Positions 9,267 to 17,836 of a stretch of DNA of 64,000 nucleotides are shown here, piece by piece. The position numbers were made by a program, and so were the translations under genes. Within the stretch, counting starts at the first letter, position 1. Every line of letters begins with the position of its first letter. The notes below the pieces were generated by a model. That model saw nothing but the letters and a program-made list of their open reading frames with translations. It had not been told where the DNA came from and did not search any database. This DNA comes from Caldilineaceae bacterium SB0664_bin_27 (GTDB lineage: Bacteria; Chloroflexota; Anaerolineae; Caldilineales; Caldilineaceae), in NCBI GenBank assembly GCA_009838625.1, contig VXRG01000039.1, positions 401-64,400 on the forward strand, in the 5' to 3' direction.

Positions 9267-10301
9267 ATGGCCGATAACCCAACGCCGCAAGAGCAGTCCA
9301 CAACTGAGCCCGCGCAGACCCAAGCCGCTTCCCGGCAGCCCGCAGATTCGCCGCCCGCAAGATGGGGTGAGCTCCTCCAATGGCTCATCGAGTACCGCGC
9401 CTTCATCCTGCTAGGGCTCGCGCTCACCTATGCCGTCCTGTTCGTCCCCTTCTTCGCCACCGAACGCAACATCACCCAGATGACAACGCAGTTCTCGATC
9501 GACGGCATAATCTCCATCGGTCTGACCATCCTCATGATCGCCTGGGGAATCGATCTCGGTGTCGGCGCCACCCTTGCCCTGGCCGGCATCGTCTTTGCCC
9601 TCTCCCAGGACCTGGGCGTCCCTGCAGCCGCCCTGCTGGGCATCCTGGCCGGCGCCGGCGTCGGCATCGTCAACGGCTTTGTCGTGACCAGGATGAAGGT
9701 CAACTTCTTCATCGCCACGCTTTCCACCATGGTCGCGGTCAAGGGACTGACATTCATCATCTCCGATGAAACCACTATCTACGGCCATGCGGAAGGGTTC
9801 GGCTGGATGGGGTCGGCCAAGCTGGGTCTTTTCGAATTTCCCGCCCTGGCCTTCTTTGGCATCGGCATCATCGCCCATCTGATCATGACGCAGACCAGCC
9901 TCGGCACCTACTGGTACGCCATCGGCGGCAACGCCGACGCGTCGCACCGCGCCGGCCTCAACGTGAAGCGTCTCTTTGCCCTTTCCTTCGTCGTGGCCGG
10001 CCTCTGCAGCGGCATCGCAGGCGTCCTGCTGGCATCCCGCGCCGTCAGCGCCAATCCCGGCGTCGGCAGAGACACCGCCCTCTTCGCCATTTCCGCCACC
10101 GTTATCGGCGGCACATCCCTCTTCGGAGGCGTCGGCAACGTCCTCGGCGCCGTTGCCGGCGTCATGTTCTTGGGCGTCGTCCGCAACTCGCTCAACCTTC
10201 TCGGCGTCAGCGCCTACTGGCAATGGGTAATCCAGGGCGTCATCCTGGTCTCCGTTGTCGTCTCCGACGTCTACATGAATCGCAGACGCCGTACGGCTTG
10301 A
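9267..10301 (+). CDS. sugar ABC transporter permease (CUT2/RbsC family), second copy
   Basis: Paralog of the preceding gene (GIDLGVGATLAL, GGTSLFGGVGNVLGA). Confidence 0.85.
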   Translation: MADNPTPQEQSTTEPAQTQAASRQPADSPPARWGELLQWLIEYRAFILLGLALTYAVLFVPFFATERNITQMTTQFSIDGIISIGLTILMIAWGIDLGVGATLALAGIVFALSQDLGVPAAALLGILAGAGVGIVNGFVVTRMKVNFFIATLSTMVAVKGLTFIISDETTIYGHAEGFGWMGSAKLGLFEFPALAFFGIGIIAHLIMTQTSLGTYWYAIGGNADASHRAGLNVKRLFALSFVVAGLCSGIAGVLLASRAVSANPGVGRDTALFAISATVIGGTSLFGGVGNVLGAVAGVMFLGVVRNSLNLLGVSAYWQWVIQGVILVSVVVSDVYMNRRRRTA

Positions 10302-10486
10302 CCGTGGAGGCCCTGGCTCTTGCAAATGCCCCGCAATAGGGGCCGCGCAAGCCTTCGGCAGCCTCCTGGTGAAAGGAGAGTCTATCGGGAACATGGTGTG
10401 CAATCCTGGAGTGAGAAGTCTCTCCCGCGCATCTGTCGAGAAGTCGACCCGCGGGGGCAGTTTCATCAAGACAAAGGAGAGAAGAA

Positions 10487-11491
10487 ATGAGTAGGCATTT
10501 CGGAGTTGTAGCCGTTGTTTTGACCCTCGCATTCCTGCTCACCGCCTGCGTGATGCCGGACGGACAGATGGTGACGGCAGACGGAGCCGCGCCGGTGCAG
10601 ACCGAAGCCAAAGATTGGCCTCTGGCGCAAGATCTGCGCATCTGCCACATCATTGAGCTCGGCCACCCCTACTCGACCGCCAAGGTCACCCTGGCGGAGA
10701 AGGAAGCCAATGTTTTCGGCTTCACTTATGATGTCTACGACACCCAGGGCGACATACCCAACGAGATCCGCCTGATCGAGGACTGCATCACCAAGCAGTA
10801 CGACGTGATCGCCCTCGTACCCTATGACACCTCTGCGCTCAACGATGCCCTCCGCGAAGCGCAGGAAGCCGGCATCCCCGTAATCGCGGAAGGCGCCGAT
10901 CTTGACGAAGAGGGCCTCGGCTACGTGAACACGATGATCGGCTCTTCAGGCTGGGCAGAGGGCAAGACCGCCGGTATGGCCGTTTGCCAGGCTCTCGAAG
11001 ACGGCCAGGGTTGGGTCATCATCGAAGGCGCCACCGGTCATGGCCTTGTGCCGCAGCGCTCCTCCGCCCGTGAATACGTCGCCGAGAACTGCCCGGGCAG
11101 AGAGCTCGTCGCCGTGGACACCGGCATGTGGAACCGTGAAGAAGCCCGCACCGTGATGGAGAACTATCTGACCGCCTACCCGGACCAGATCCACATGGTC
11201 TACTGCCATAACGACGACATGTGCCTCGGCGCAGTCCGGGCGATCGCAGAGGCCGGCCTGGAGGACACCATCAAAGTGCTCGGCGTCGATGGCGGCGCCA
11301 AGGAGGTCTACGACGCCATTCGCGACGGCACGATGTGGGGCACCGTCCTCAACGACGCCTCATTTATCGCCGTCAAGATCATTCAGTCCGCCAGGGACCT
11401 GGCCGAGAACCGCCCGGTCATCTTCTGGCAGACTTCGCCCGCCGTCCTGATCACCAAGGAAAACGTGGATCTCTTCCCCGATCTCTGGTAA
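10487..11491 (+). CDS. sugar ABC transporter substrate-binding lipoprotein (periplasmic-binding-protein type I, RbsB-like)
   Basis: AAAGGAGA RBS. Signal peptide with lipobox LLTAC. The body resembles ribose/galactose-binding proteins (YDVIALVPYD, IPVIAEGADL). Confidence 0.8.
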   Translation: MSRHFGVVAVVLTLAFLLTACVMPDGQMVTADGAAPVQTEAKDWPLAQDLRICHIIELGHPYSTAKVTLAEKEANVFGFTYDVYDTQGDIPNEIRLIEDCITKQYDVIALVPYDTSALNDALREAQEAGIPVIAEGADLDEEGLGYVNTMIGSSGWAEGKTAGMAVCQALEDGQGWVIIEGATGHGLVPQRSSAREYVAENCPGRELVAVDTGMWNREEARTVMENYLTAYPDQIHMVYCHNDDMCLGAVRAIAEAGLEDTIKVLGVDGGAKEVYDAIRDGTMWGTVLNDASFIAVKIIQSARDLAENRPVIFWQTSPAVLITKENVDLFPDLW

Positions 11492-11568
11492 TCAGCTGTA
11501 AAAGGAGTGAGAGATGTTATCTCATCTCTCACTCCTCTTCGCTCACTCCTGTCTGAAGGGGGATCACC

Positions 11569-12360
11569 TTGGAGAGCAACACTATTGTCGAAATGAAGGG
11601 CATATCCAAGCGATTTGGCAGCGTCCAGGCGCTGAACCAGGTCGACCTGGAGCTGCGTGAGGGAGAGATTCTGGGGCTGGTCGGAGACAACGCCGCCGGC
11701 AAGTCCACCCTCATGAAGATCCTCAGCGGCGCGCACGTCGCCGACAGCGGCCAGATCCTCATAAACGGCGAGGAAGTGTCAATCCGCGACCCCCGCGACG
11801 CCCGCAGCTGCGGCATTGAGATGATCTACCAGGACCTGGCCCTCTGCAACAACCTCGACGTCGCCCGCAACATCTTCCTCGGCCGCGAATATACAAGAGG
11901 CCTGCCCTTTCTCAGCATCCTCGACAAAAAGAAGATGTATGCCGAATCCGCCGCGTTGCTGAAAAGGTTGAACATCAATATCAGCTCCCCCAGGCTCAAA
12001 GTCGAGAGGATGTCCGGCGGCCAGCGTCAGATGGTGGCCGCTGCCAAAGCCATCGCCTTCGACGCCAAAATCCTCCTCATGGACGAGCCCACCGCCGCCC
12101 TCGGCGTCCGTGAAGCCAACACCCTCCTGCGCCTGATCAAGGACCTGCGCGACGGCGGCCATTCCGTCGTCCTCATCACGCAGCGCGTGCCCGACATTCT
12201 GGCAATCGGCGACCGTGTCATGGTCCTCAAAGGAGGCCGCAGGCAGGGAATCCTCAACGTCTCTGAAGTTGGGTTGGACGACGTGGTTGAACTGATCGTC
12301 AGAGGACGAGCCGGCGCCGAATCCGAGGAAGATGCACTGGAATACCTTTCCTTCGGATAG
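11569..12360 (+). CDS. ABC transporter ATP-binding protein (single nucleotide-binding domain)
   Basis: Walker A GDNAAGKST, signature MSGGQRQ, Walker B ILLMDEPTAAL. TTG start at 11569 (an alternative ATG lies 7 codons downstream). Confidence 0.85.
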   Translation: MESNTIVEMKGISKRFGSVQALNQVDLELREGEILGLVGDNAAGKSTLMKILSGAHVADSGQILINGEEVSIRDPRDARSCGIEMIYQDLALCNNLDVARNIFLGREYTRGLPFLSILDKKKMYAESAALLKRLNINISSPRLKVERMSGGQRQMVAAAKAIAFDAKILLMDEPTAALGVREANTLLRLIKDLRDGGHSVVLITQRVPDILAIGDRVMVLKGGRRQGILNVSEVGLDDVVELIVRGRAGAESEEDALEYLSFG

Positions 12361-12399
12361 AAAAGCGATCTGTTTCCGCAGACCAAAAACGAAGAACGA

Positions 12400-12948
12400 C
12401 TACGATAGCGCCTCCGACCCGCACGCGGAGCGATAACCGCACGCCGCACAGCGCCCCGGTTCAGCGTGGCTGCGGCGCACCTCCGCCGCCCGGCGGGACG
12501 TCCGAATCGCCGTCGCCGTCTCCAGCACGCGGTCGCGCAGTTCATCTGTAAATGGGATTTGCAGCGTGGCATCAGCGTAGCGCAGCAGACCGTAGGGCGG
12601 CGCTGCGTCGAAGTTGTCCTCAACCAGTAGACAGTACGCCGCCAGCTGCAGAATATGGCTGTCGTAAGGCCGGGCCGGCCTCGCCCGGCTCTTGACCTCT
12701 ACAGGCACGACGAAGCGCCTGCCCCCGTCGCGCATCTGCACCAGGTAATCGGGGCGTCCCACCAGTCCGTAGCGGCGGCTGCGCAGCGGGCGCTCCGTCT
12801 CCTGCCAGTCCCCGGTGTCCCGATATAGCACAGTACCCGCCGGCAAACCGCTGCTCTCCCGCTGACGGCGTCCCAGCCATAGCAGCACACCGCCCAGCAG
12901 CGCCAGCAGCAGCGCGAACGCCAGAGCCAGTGGCAGGGAGGGAATCAT
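12400..12948 (-). CDS. Cas4/DUF83-like PD-(D/E)XK nuclease with N-terminal membrane anchor
   Basis: N-terminal TM (LPLALAFALLLALLGGVLLWL). Nuclease motifs GRPDYLV, VPVEVKS and QLAAYCLLV. C-terminal Cys cluster CAACGYRSAC. Start taken at MIPSL (ATG complement 12946-12948). Confidence 0.7.
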   Translation of the reverse strand: MIPSLPLALAFALLLALLGGVLLWLGRRQRESSGLPAGTVLYRDTGDWQETERPLRSRRYGLVGRPDYLVQMRDGGRRFVVPVEVKSRARPARPYDSHILQLAAYCLLVEDNFDAAPPYGLLRYADATLQIPFTDELRDRVLETATAIRTSRRAAEVRRSHAEPGRCAACGYRSACGSEALS

Positions 12949-12967
12949 GTTGCGGCAGTGAGCGTCC

Positions 12968-13456
12968 TCACGCCTCCGCTTCCGCCTCGTCGGGCCGGTT
13001 CTTACACAAAATCTCCCAGTTGCCGCGCTGGCAGACCTCATCCTTCTGGTTCAGCACCTCCATCCTGAAGGTCACTACCCCGCCGCCCATCCGCCGCATC
13101 GGCTTCTTCTCCCGCACCGTCGCCCGCAGCCGCACCGTGTCCCCGATCAGCACCGGCCGGCGGAACTGCCACTCCAGTTGCATGAAAGCCTGAACAGTGC
13201 CCTCCATGAACCCCATCCGCACCGCCAGCCCGCTCGCGATACTCAGCACCAGCAGCCCGTGAGCTATCCGCTCCCCGAACATCTGCTCCTGGCTGTAATG
13301 CAAGTCGGTGTGGATCCGGTTCCAGTCCCCCGACAGCGCCGCAAAATTGACAATGTCCGTCTCGGTGACCGTGCGGCCGACGCTCTCGCACCCGTCACCT
13401 TCCGCAAACTCCTCAAAGTAAAGCCCCATCGGGGGCTGCATCGCTCGCGTACCCAT
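12968..13456 (-). CDS. MaoC-like (R)-specific enoyl-CoA hydratase / dehydratase
   Basis: Hot-dog fold signature FAALSGDWNRIHTD...FGERIAHG. Confidence 0.8.
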   Translation of the reverse strand: MGTRAMQPPMGLYFEEFAEGDGCESVGRTVTETDIVNFAALSGDWNRIHTDLHYSQEQMFGERIAHGLLVLSIASGLAVRMGFMEGTVQAFMQLEWQFRRPVLIGDTVRLRATVREKKPMRRMGGGVVTFRMEVLNQKDEVCQRGNWEILCKNRPDEAEAEA

Positions 13457-13538
13457 TTCGTTCCCCTAACTACTGAAAAACAAGAAGCCCGGACAGAGAA
13501 TCACTCACTCCCCACTCCTCTTCACTCTCTCCTCGCCG

Positions 13539-14549
13539 TTAAACCTTGACCAGCATCTTGCCCAGATTCTCGCCATGGAACAGGCCGATGAACGCATCGG
13601 GCGTACTCTCGATCCCTTCGTGGATCGTCTCCTCCCACTTGAGCTTGCCATCCTGCATCCAGCCGGAAACATCACGCAGAAAACTGTCGCGGCGTTCAGG
13701 ATGGTCCGAGACGATAAAGCCCTGCATCTTCAGCCGGCGCCCGATCATCAGGGCCAGGTTCGCCGGTCCCGGCGCCGCCGAGGTGGCGTTGTACATGCTG
13801 ATCATCCCGCATACAACGATGCGGCCGTTGTTGTTCATATACTGCAGCGCCGCCTCCAGATGCTCGCCGCCGACGTTCTCGAAGTAGACGTCGATACCGT
13901 CCGGGCAGGCCTTCTTCAGCGCCCGCCGCAGATTGCTCGTCTCCTTGTAATTGATCGCAACATCCACGCCGGCCACCTCCTCCAGCCAGCGCGTCTTGGC
14001 CTCCGAACCGGCCGAACCCACCACCCGGCAGCCTTTGATCTTCGCGATCTGGCAGACCTCCGAACCGACCGCGCCGGCCGCGCCCGAGACGAAAACCGTC
14101 TCCCCCGGTTGCGGTTCGCCGATGTCCAGCAGGCCGACATAGGCCGTCATGCCCGGCATACCCAGCACGCCCAGGTAGCTCTGCAGGGGACCCAGAGACG
14201 GATCGACCTTCGTCAGGTGGCGCGCCTCGGCCAGCGCGTATTCCCGCCAGCCCAACATGTGCAAAACGAAATCGCCCTCCGCAAACGTCTCGCTGGTCGA
14301 GCTGACGACCTCCCCCACCGCGCCGCCGGTGAGCGGTTCGTCCAGCCCGAAAGGAGGCGTATAGCTGCGCGTGTCCCGCATCCGGCCCCGCATATAAGGG
14401 TCCACCGAAATAAAGCGGTTGCGCACCAGTACCTGGTCCGGCTGGCTCGGCGCCGGAACTTCGACGTTGGCGAGTGCAAAGTTGTCCGCGGTCGGTAACC
14501 CGTGCGGACGGCTGCGCAGATGGATTTCACGGCTCTTGACAGATGTCAT
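13539..14549 (-). CDS. NADP-dependent oxidoreductase, medium-chain dehydrogenase/reductase family (YncB/CurA/PTGR-like)
   Basis: TVFVSGAAGAVGSEVCQIAK nucleotide-binding motif. Length and N-terminus are typical of alkenal/one reductases. Confidence 0.8.
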   Translation of the reverse strand: MTSVKSREIHLRSRPHGLPTADNFALANVEVPAPSQPDQVLVRNRFISVDPYMRGRMRDTRSYTPPFGLDEPLTGGAVGEVVSSTSETFAEGDFVLHMLGWREYALAEARHLTKVDPSLGPLQSYLGVLGMPGMTAYVGLLDIGEPQPGETVFVSGAAGAVGSEVCQIAKIKGCRVVGSAGSEAKTRWLEEVAGVDVAINYKETSNLRRALKKACPDGIDVYFENVGGEHLEAALQYMNNNGRIVVCGMISMYNATSAAPGPANLALMIGRRLKMQGFIVSDHPERRDSFLRDVSGWMQDGKLKWEETIHEGIESTPDAFIGLFHGENLGKMLVKV

Positions 14550-14797
14550 TGGTCGCCTCGGATACTTGGTGGGGCCGGCGGCTCGTCAGTACCGCCGGAA
14601 CCGGTGACGTGAGAAAGATGCGTCTAATTTTCCTGCATTGGCCGGATTGCGCAAAATATGGGACTGAACCACAGCCGCGCGTTCATCCCGGACTTTCTGC
14701 GCTGATCACACAAGAAGTGGTGGGTTTCAGCCCAGGCAACAGTTCGGCCCCGCTTGACAGAAAATAGATATGAAATATCGTACATCCCCCTAAAAAC

Positions 14798-14827
14798 GTG
14801 CCAAATTGTGCCATATTGTGCCAAACG
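14798..14827. repeat. three tandem 10-bp repeats GTGCCA(A/T)A(T/C)(T/G)
   Basis: gtgccaaatt / gtgccatatt / gtgccaaacg read directly from the sequence, in a 660-bp AT-richer divergent intergenic region. They lie about 40 nt downstream of TTGACA (14754-14759). Confidence 0.6.
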
Positions 14828-15213
14828 CCTTCAGCGCCTTCACTCTTGAGCCGTTGAGCGGAACAGGGGATCCCCTCAAAAAGGTGACAAATCGTGATAG
14901 AACCTGCCCATATATTCAGCTTCTGTGGCATGGTGGGGAGAGGCTTGGGGATCTATGTGAGGACCGGACATGGGTCGGTCGCTACGTCAGGTAAACGAAA
15001 GTTCGCCCCGAATCTGGACTGCACCCTGGTCAATGTTGGCGGAGCACAAGGCGGCGAAGCGTAGTATAATGACATGATAACTGAAACGCCCCCGCAGGTT
15101 GGGTCGTATACATGACAGTTTTCACGAACTTTATGGTTACCACCATTCGCCCGAACTGATCGCACTCGTGGGCGGTTGGCGAGGGTGCAAAATCCTCGAC
15201 CAGGAGCGCACCG

Positions 15214-16437
15214 ATGCCAAACAGTACACCTATTTCCAGCGCCGAACTGTATGCGCGCGCTAAATCCATCCAGTCCCGAATCAGCACGTGGCGCCGTACA
15301 ATTCACCGGTACCCGGAGCTGACTTTCACCGAACATCGCACCGCCGGATTCGTCAACAAGACAATGCTGGACCTAGGGATAGAGACGCAGACTGAAGTCG
15401 CCAAAACAGGAGTCGTCGGCCATGTTCGCGGCAGCGACGGGCCCTTGGTGGGGTTACGCGCCGATATGGACGCCTTGCCGATCCAGGAAGAGAACGGCAG
15501 CGGCTTTGACAGCGAGCGGCCGGGCCTTATGCACGCCTGCGGCCACGACGCCCACACGGCGATGCTGATGGGCGCCGCGGCTCTGCTCAAGGAAATGGCG
15601 GACGAGGGCCGCCTGCCCGGCGCGGTGCGACTGCTCTTCCAGCCCAGCGAAGAAGCCTCCGACGACGAGGGCAAGTCCGGCGGCATCCGCATGGTGGAAG
15701 AAGGCGCGCTCGAAGGTCTCGACGCCGTCTTCGGCATCCACGTGGACCCCACAAAGGATCTGGGCGTCGTCGCCAGCCGCTCCGGCCCGCTGATGGCATC
15801 GGCCGATGAGTTCGAGATCACGCTGCGAGGCGCAGGCGGCCACGCCGCCCGCCCCCAGGCCGCCAACGATCCCATCGTGCTCGCCGCCCACGCCGTTCAC
15901 GCCATCCACCACATCGTCAGCCGGCGCCTCGACCCCCTTGAACCGGGCGTGATCACCATCGGCCAGATTCACGGCGGGACCGTCAATAACGTCATTCCCG
16001 ACAGCGTCTATCTGAACGGGACGATTCGCAGCTTCACACCGGAGTCGCGCAAGTTGCTGCAGGAGGAGCTGCGCCGCGCCTGCGGCGTCGTCGAAGCCAT
16101 GGGCGGCAGCTTCGAACTGACGGTCAAGGAGGGCTATCCGCCCACAGTTCTGGACCCGGAAGCCACACAGATCGCGCTGGCTGCGTCGGCCGAGTTCCTG
16201 GGCGAAGAGAACACGCCTCAGGCGCCAATGGTGATGGCCGCCGAGGACTTCGCCTACATGGCGCAGGCCGCGCCGGGCAGCTTTCTCCGTCTGGGAACGC
16301 ATAACCCGGACTGGCCCCAGCGCTACTACGTCCACACCTCCACCTTCCGTATCGACGAAGACGCCCTGCCCATCGGCGCCGCCGCCCTCGCCGCGGCCGC
16401 GGTCAAGTGGATGCAGGAGAAAAACAGCAGCGAATGA
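15214..16437 (+). CDS. M20-family amidohydrolase (N-acyl-L-amino-acid amidohydrolase / hippurate hydrolase-like)
   Basis: [36 protein letters not shown]; AGGAG RBS. Confidence 0.85.
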   Translation: MPNSTPISSAELYARAKSIQSRISTWRRTIHRYPELTFTEHRTAGFVNKTMLDLGIETQTEVAKTGVVGHVRGSDGPLVGLRADMDALPIQEENGSGFDSERPGLMHACGHDAHTAMLMGAAALLKEMADEGRLPGAVRLLFQPSEEASDDEGKSGGIRMVEEGALEGLDAVFGIHVDPTKDLGVVASRSGPLMASADEFEITLRGAGGHAARPQAANDPIVLAAHAVHAIHHIVSRRLDPLEPGVITIGQIHGGTVNNVIPDSVYLNGTIRSFTPESRKLLQEELRRACGVVEAMGGSFELTVKEGYPPTVLDPEATQIALAASAEFLGEENTPQAPMVMAAEDFAYMAQAAPGSFLRLGTHNPDWPQRYYVHTSTFRIDEDALPIGAAALAAAAVKWMQEKNSSE

Positions 16438-16462
16438 GAAGCGAAACTGCGAGGAGTGAGAT

Positions 16463-17260
16463 GTGAGAAATGGGTGTCGCCTGCCTTGCGCCAAACGCTC
16501 ATACAGCCAAGCGGTAACTGGTTCAACAACCCTTCTTTCAATCGCGAGGGTGTTCTCTCTTTCCTCTCTCCTCTTAATTCTCTCCTTTCTCACCTCCTGC
16601 GGTTCCGCCCAACCCCAGCCGCTCATCTTCGGCGACCCGGTCTGGACCGACGGCGAGACCAGTGTCTACCGCGTAACCAACCGGGAAGACCGCATCGTCG
16701 GCACCGCCGCCTTCCAGGTAAACCTTCGGGAGCAGGAGGACGGCTGGACACTGATCCGCGAGATCCTTGACGCTGGTGTGAGAGAGCAGGCAACGATCGA
16801 GATGCAGCCTGCCGGTTATCGCCCTGTCTACAGCCATCTTGTCCGGACCTTCGGCGGCGGGAAGCAGGTGGTGGAGACGCAGTTCGAGGGCTCCCAGGTC
16901 GACATCGCACTCACCAATCGCCAGGGCGCAACCGTCTATCAGCGCGTGCAGGTGCCCTCCGACATTCGCGACGAACGCACACTGCTGCTGATCATGCGGG
17001 CGCTGCCGCTGGCGCAGGGCTACGCGACCCGAATCAACAGTTTTCTGCCGATCGCCGGCCATATGGAGCGGGTGGCCCTGCAGGTGCGGCGCAAGGAAAG
17101 CGTCACCGTGCCGGCCGGCTCCTTTGACACCTGGGTCGTCGAGCTGAAGGCCAGCGACCGCACGACCAGGGCCTGGGTGGCGCAGACAGCACCCTTCACA
17201 GTTGTGAAGTTCATCGACGGACGGTCCCAGGCCACCTTTGAGTTGACCAGTTTCGAATAG
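16463..17260 (+). CDS. secreted lipoprotein of unknown function (DUF3108-like from memory)
   Basis: Hydrophobic leader ending in lipobox LTSC, followed by a beta-rich body. GTG start at 16463 is uncertain. Confidence 0.5.
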   Translation: MRNGCRLPCAKRSYSQAVTGSTTLLSIARVFSLSSLLLILSFLTSCGSAQPQPLIFGDPVWTDGETSVYRVTNREDRIVGTAAFQVNLREQEDGWTLIREILDAGVREQATIEMQPAGYRPVYSHLVRTFGGGKQVVETQFEGSQVDIALTNRQGATVYQRVQVPSDIRDERTLLLIMRALPLAQGYATRINSFLPIAGHMERVALQVRRKESVTVPAGSFDTWVVELKASDRTTRAWVAQTAPFTVVKFIDGRSQATFELTSFE

Positions 17261-17287
17261 TCGGAGAAGTGACAAGGAAGCGGACCC

Positions 17288-17758
17288 ATGGGCATGAAAA
17301 TCGATCGCTTTACGCTGGGCATCATCATCGGCGTGCTGCTGCTGGTCATCGGCGCTGTCATCACGGTAACGGTCACCGGCGGCCGCGGCTGGCAGAGCGC
17401 CGAATACCTCAACGAGGACAGGCCGGAAGCGGTGGTCCACGACGCCTTCCTCGCTTTTGTGCGCAATGAACCGGACGTTGCGATGAAACACTACTCCCGG
17501 GATGTATTGGACGATGAAGACAAGGATGAATTCCGCGCGCGGTTCAACTACTACGACTCCAGCCGCTCCGCGCGGCGGCTGCGCATCCTGGACGTGGACA
17601 TGAACGAGGAGGATGACAAGGCATACGTCAACGTGGCAATCGACAACTTCCACCAGGGCGGCCTCTTCGACAGCGGCACATCCACTTACCGCCGCACAAT
17701 CCCCCTGGTACGCGAGGACGACGCCTGGAAGATCGACACCGACGACCTCTTCTATTAG
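17288..17758 (+). CDS. membrane-anchored hypothetical protein
   Basis: N-terminal TM (LGIIIGVLLLVIGAVITVTV) followed by an acidic soluble domain. No recognisable motif. Confidence 0.5.
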   Translation: MGMKIDRFTLGIIIGVLLLVIGAVITVTVTGGRGWQSAEYLNEDRPEAVVHDAFLAFVRNEPDVAMKHYSRDVLDDEDKDEFRARFNYYDSSRSARRLRILDVDMNEEDDKAYVNVAIDNFHQGGLFDSGTSTYRRTIPLVREDDAWKIDTDDLFY

Positions 17759-17836
17759 AGCCGGGAACCGTGGCTTGAGCGCAATGAAGAGCCCACTGAG
17801 AGCACGCCTCTCTCCTCGCCCTTCAGGATGTAAACA

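Noticed and set aside
11569-12360. A single-NBD ATPase in a CUT2-type sugar transporter as an anomaly (CUT2 ATPases are usually duplicated, about 500 aa)
   Set aside because: Single-cassette CUT2 ATPases are known (for example the fructose Frc system, from memory), so this is probably a normal variant.
15065-15070. Perfect TATAAT about 144 nt upstream of the M20 amidohydrolase gene
   Set aside because: There is no acceptable -35 or TG extension at the right spacing. A lone hexamer in an AT-rich spacer is not enough to call a promoter.
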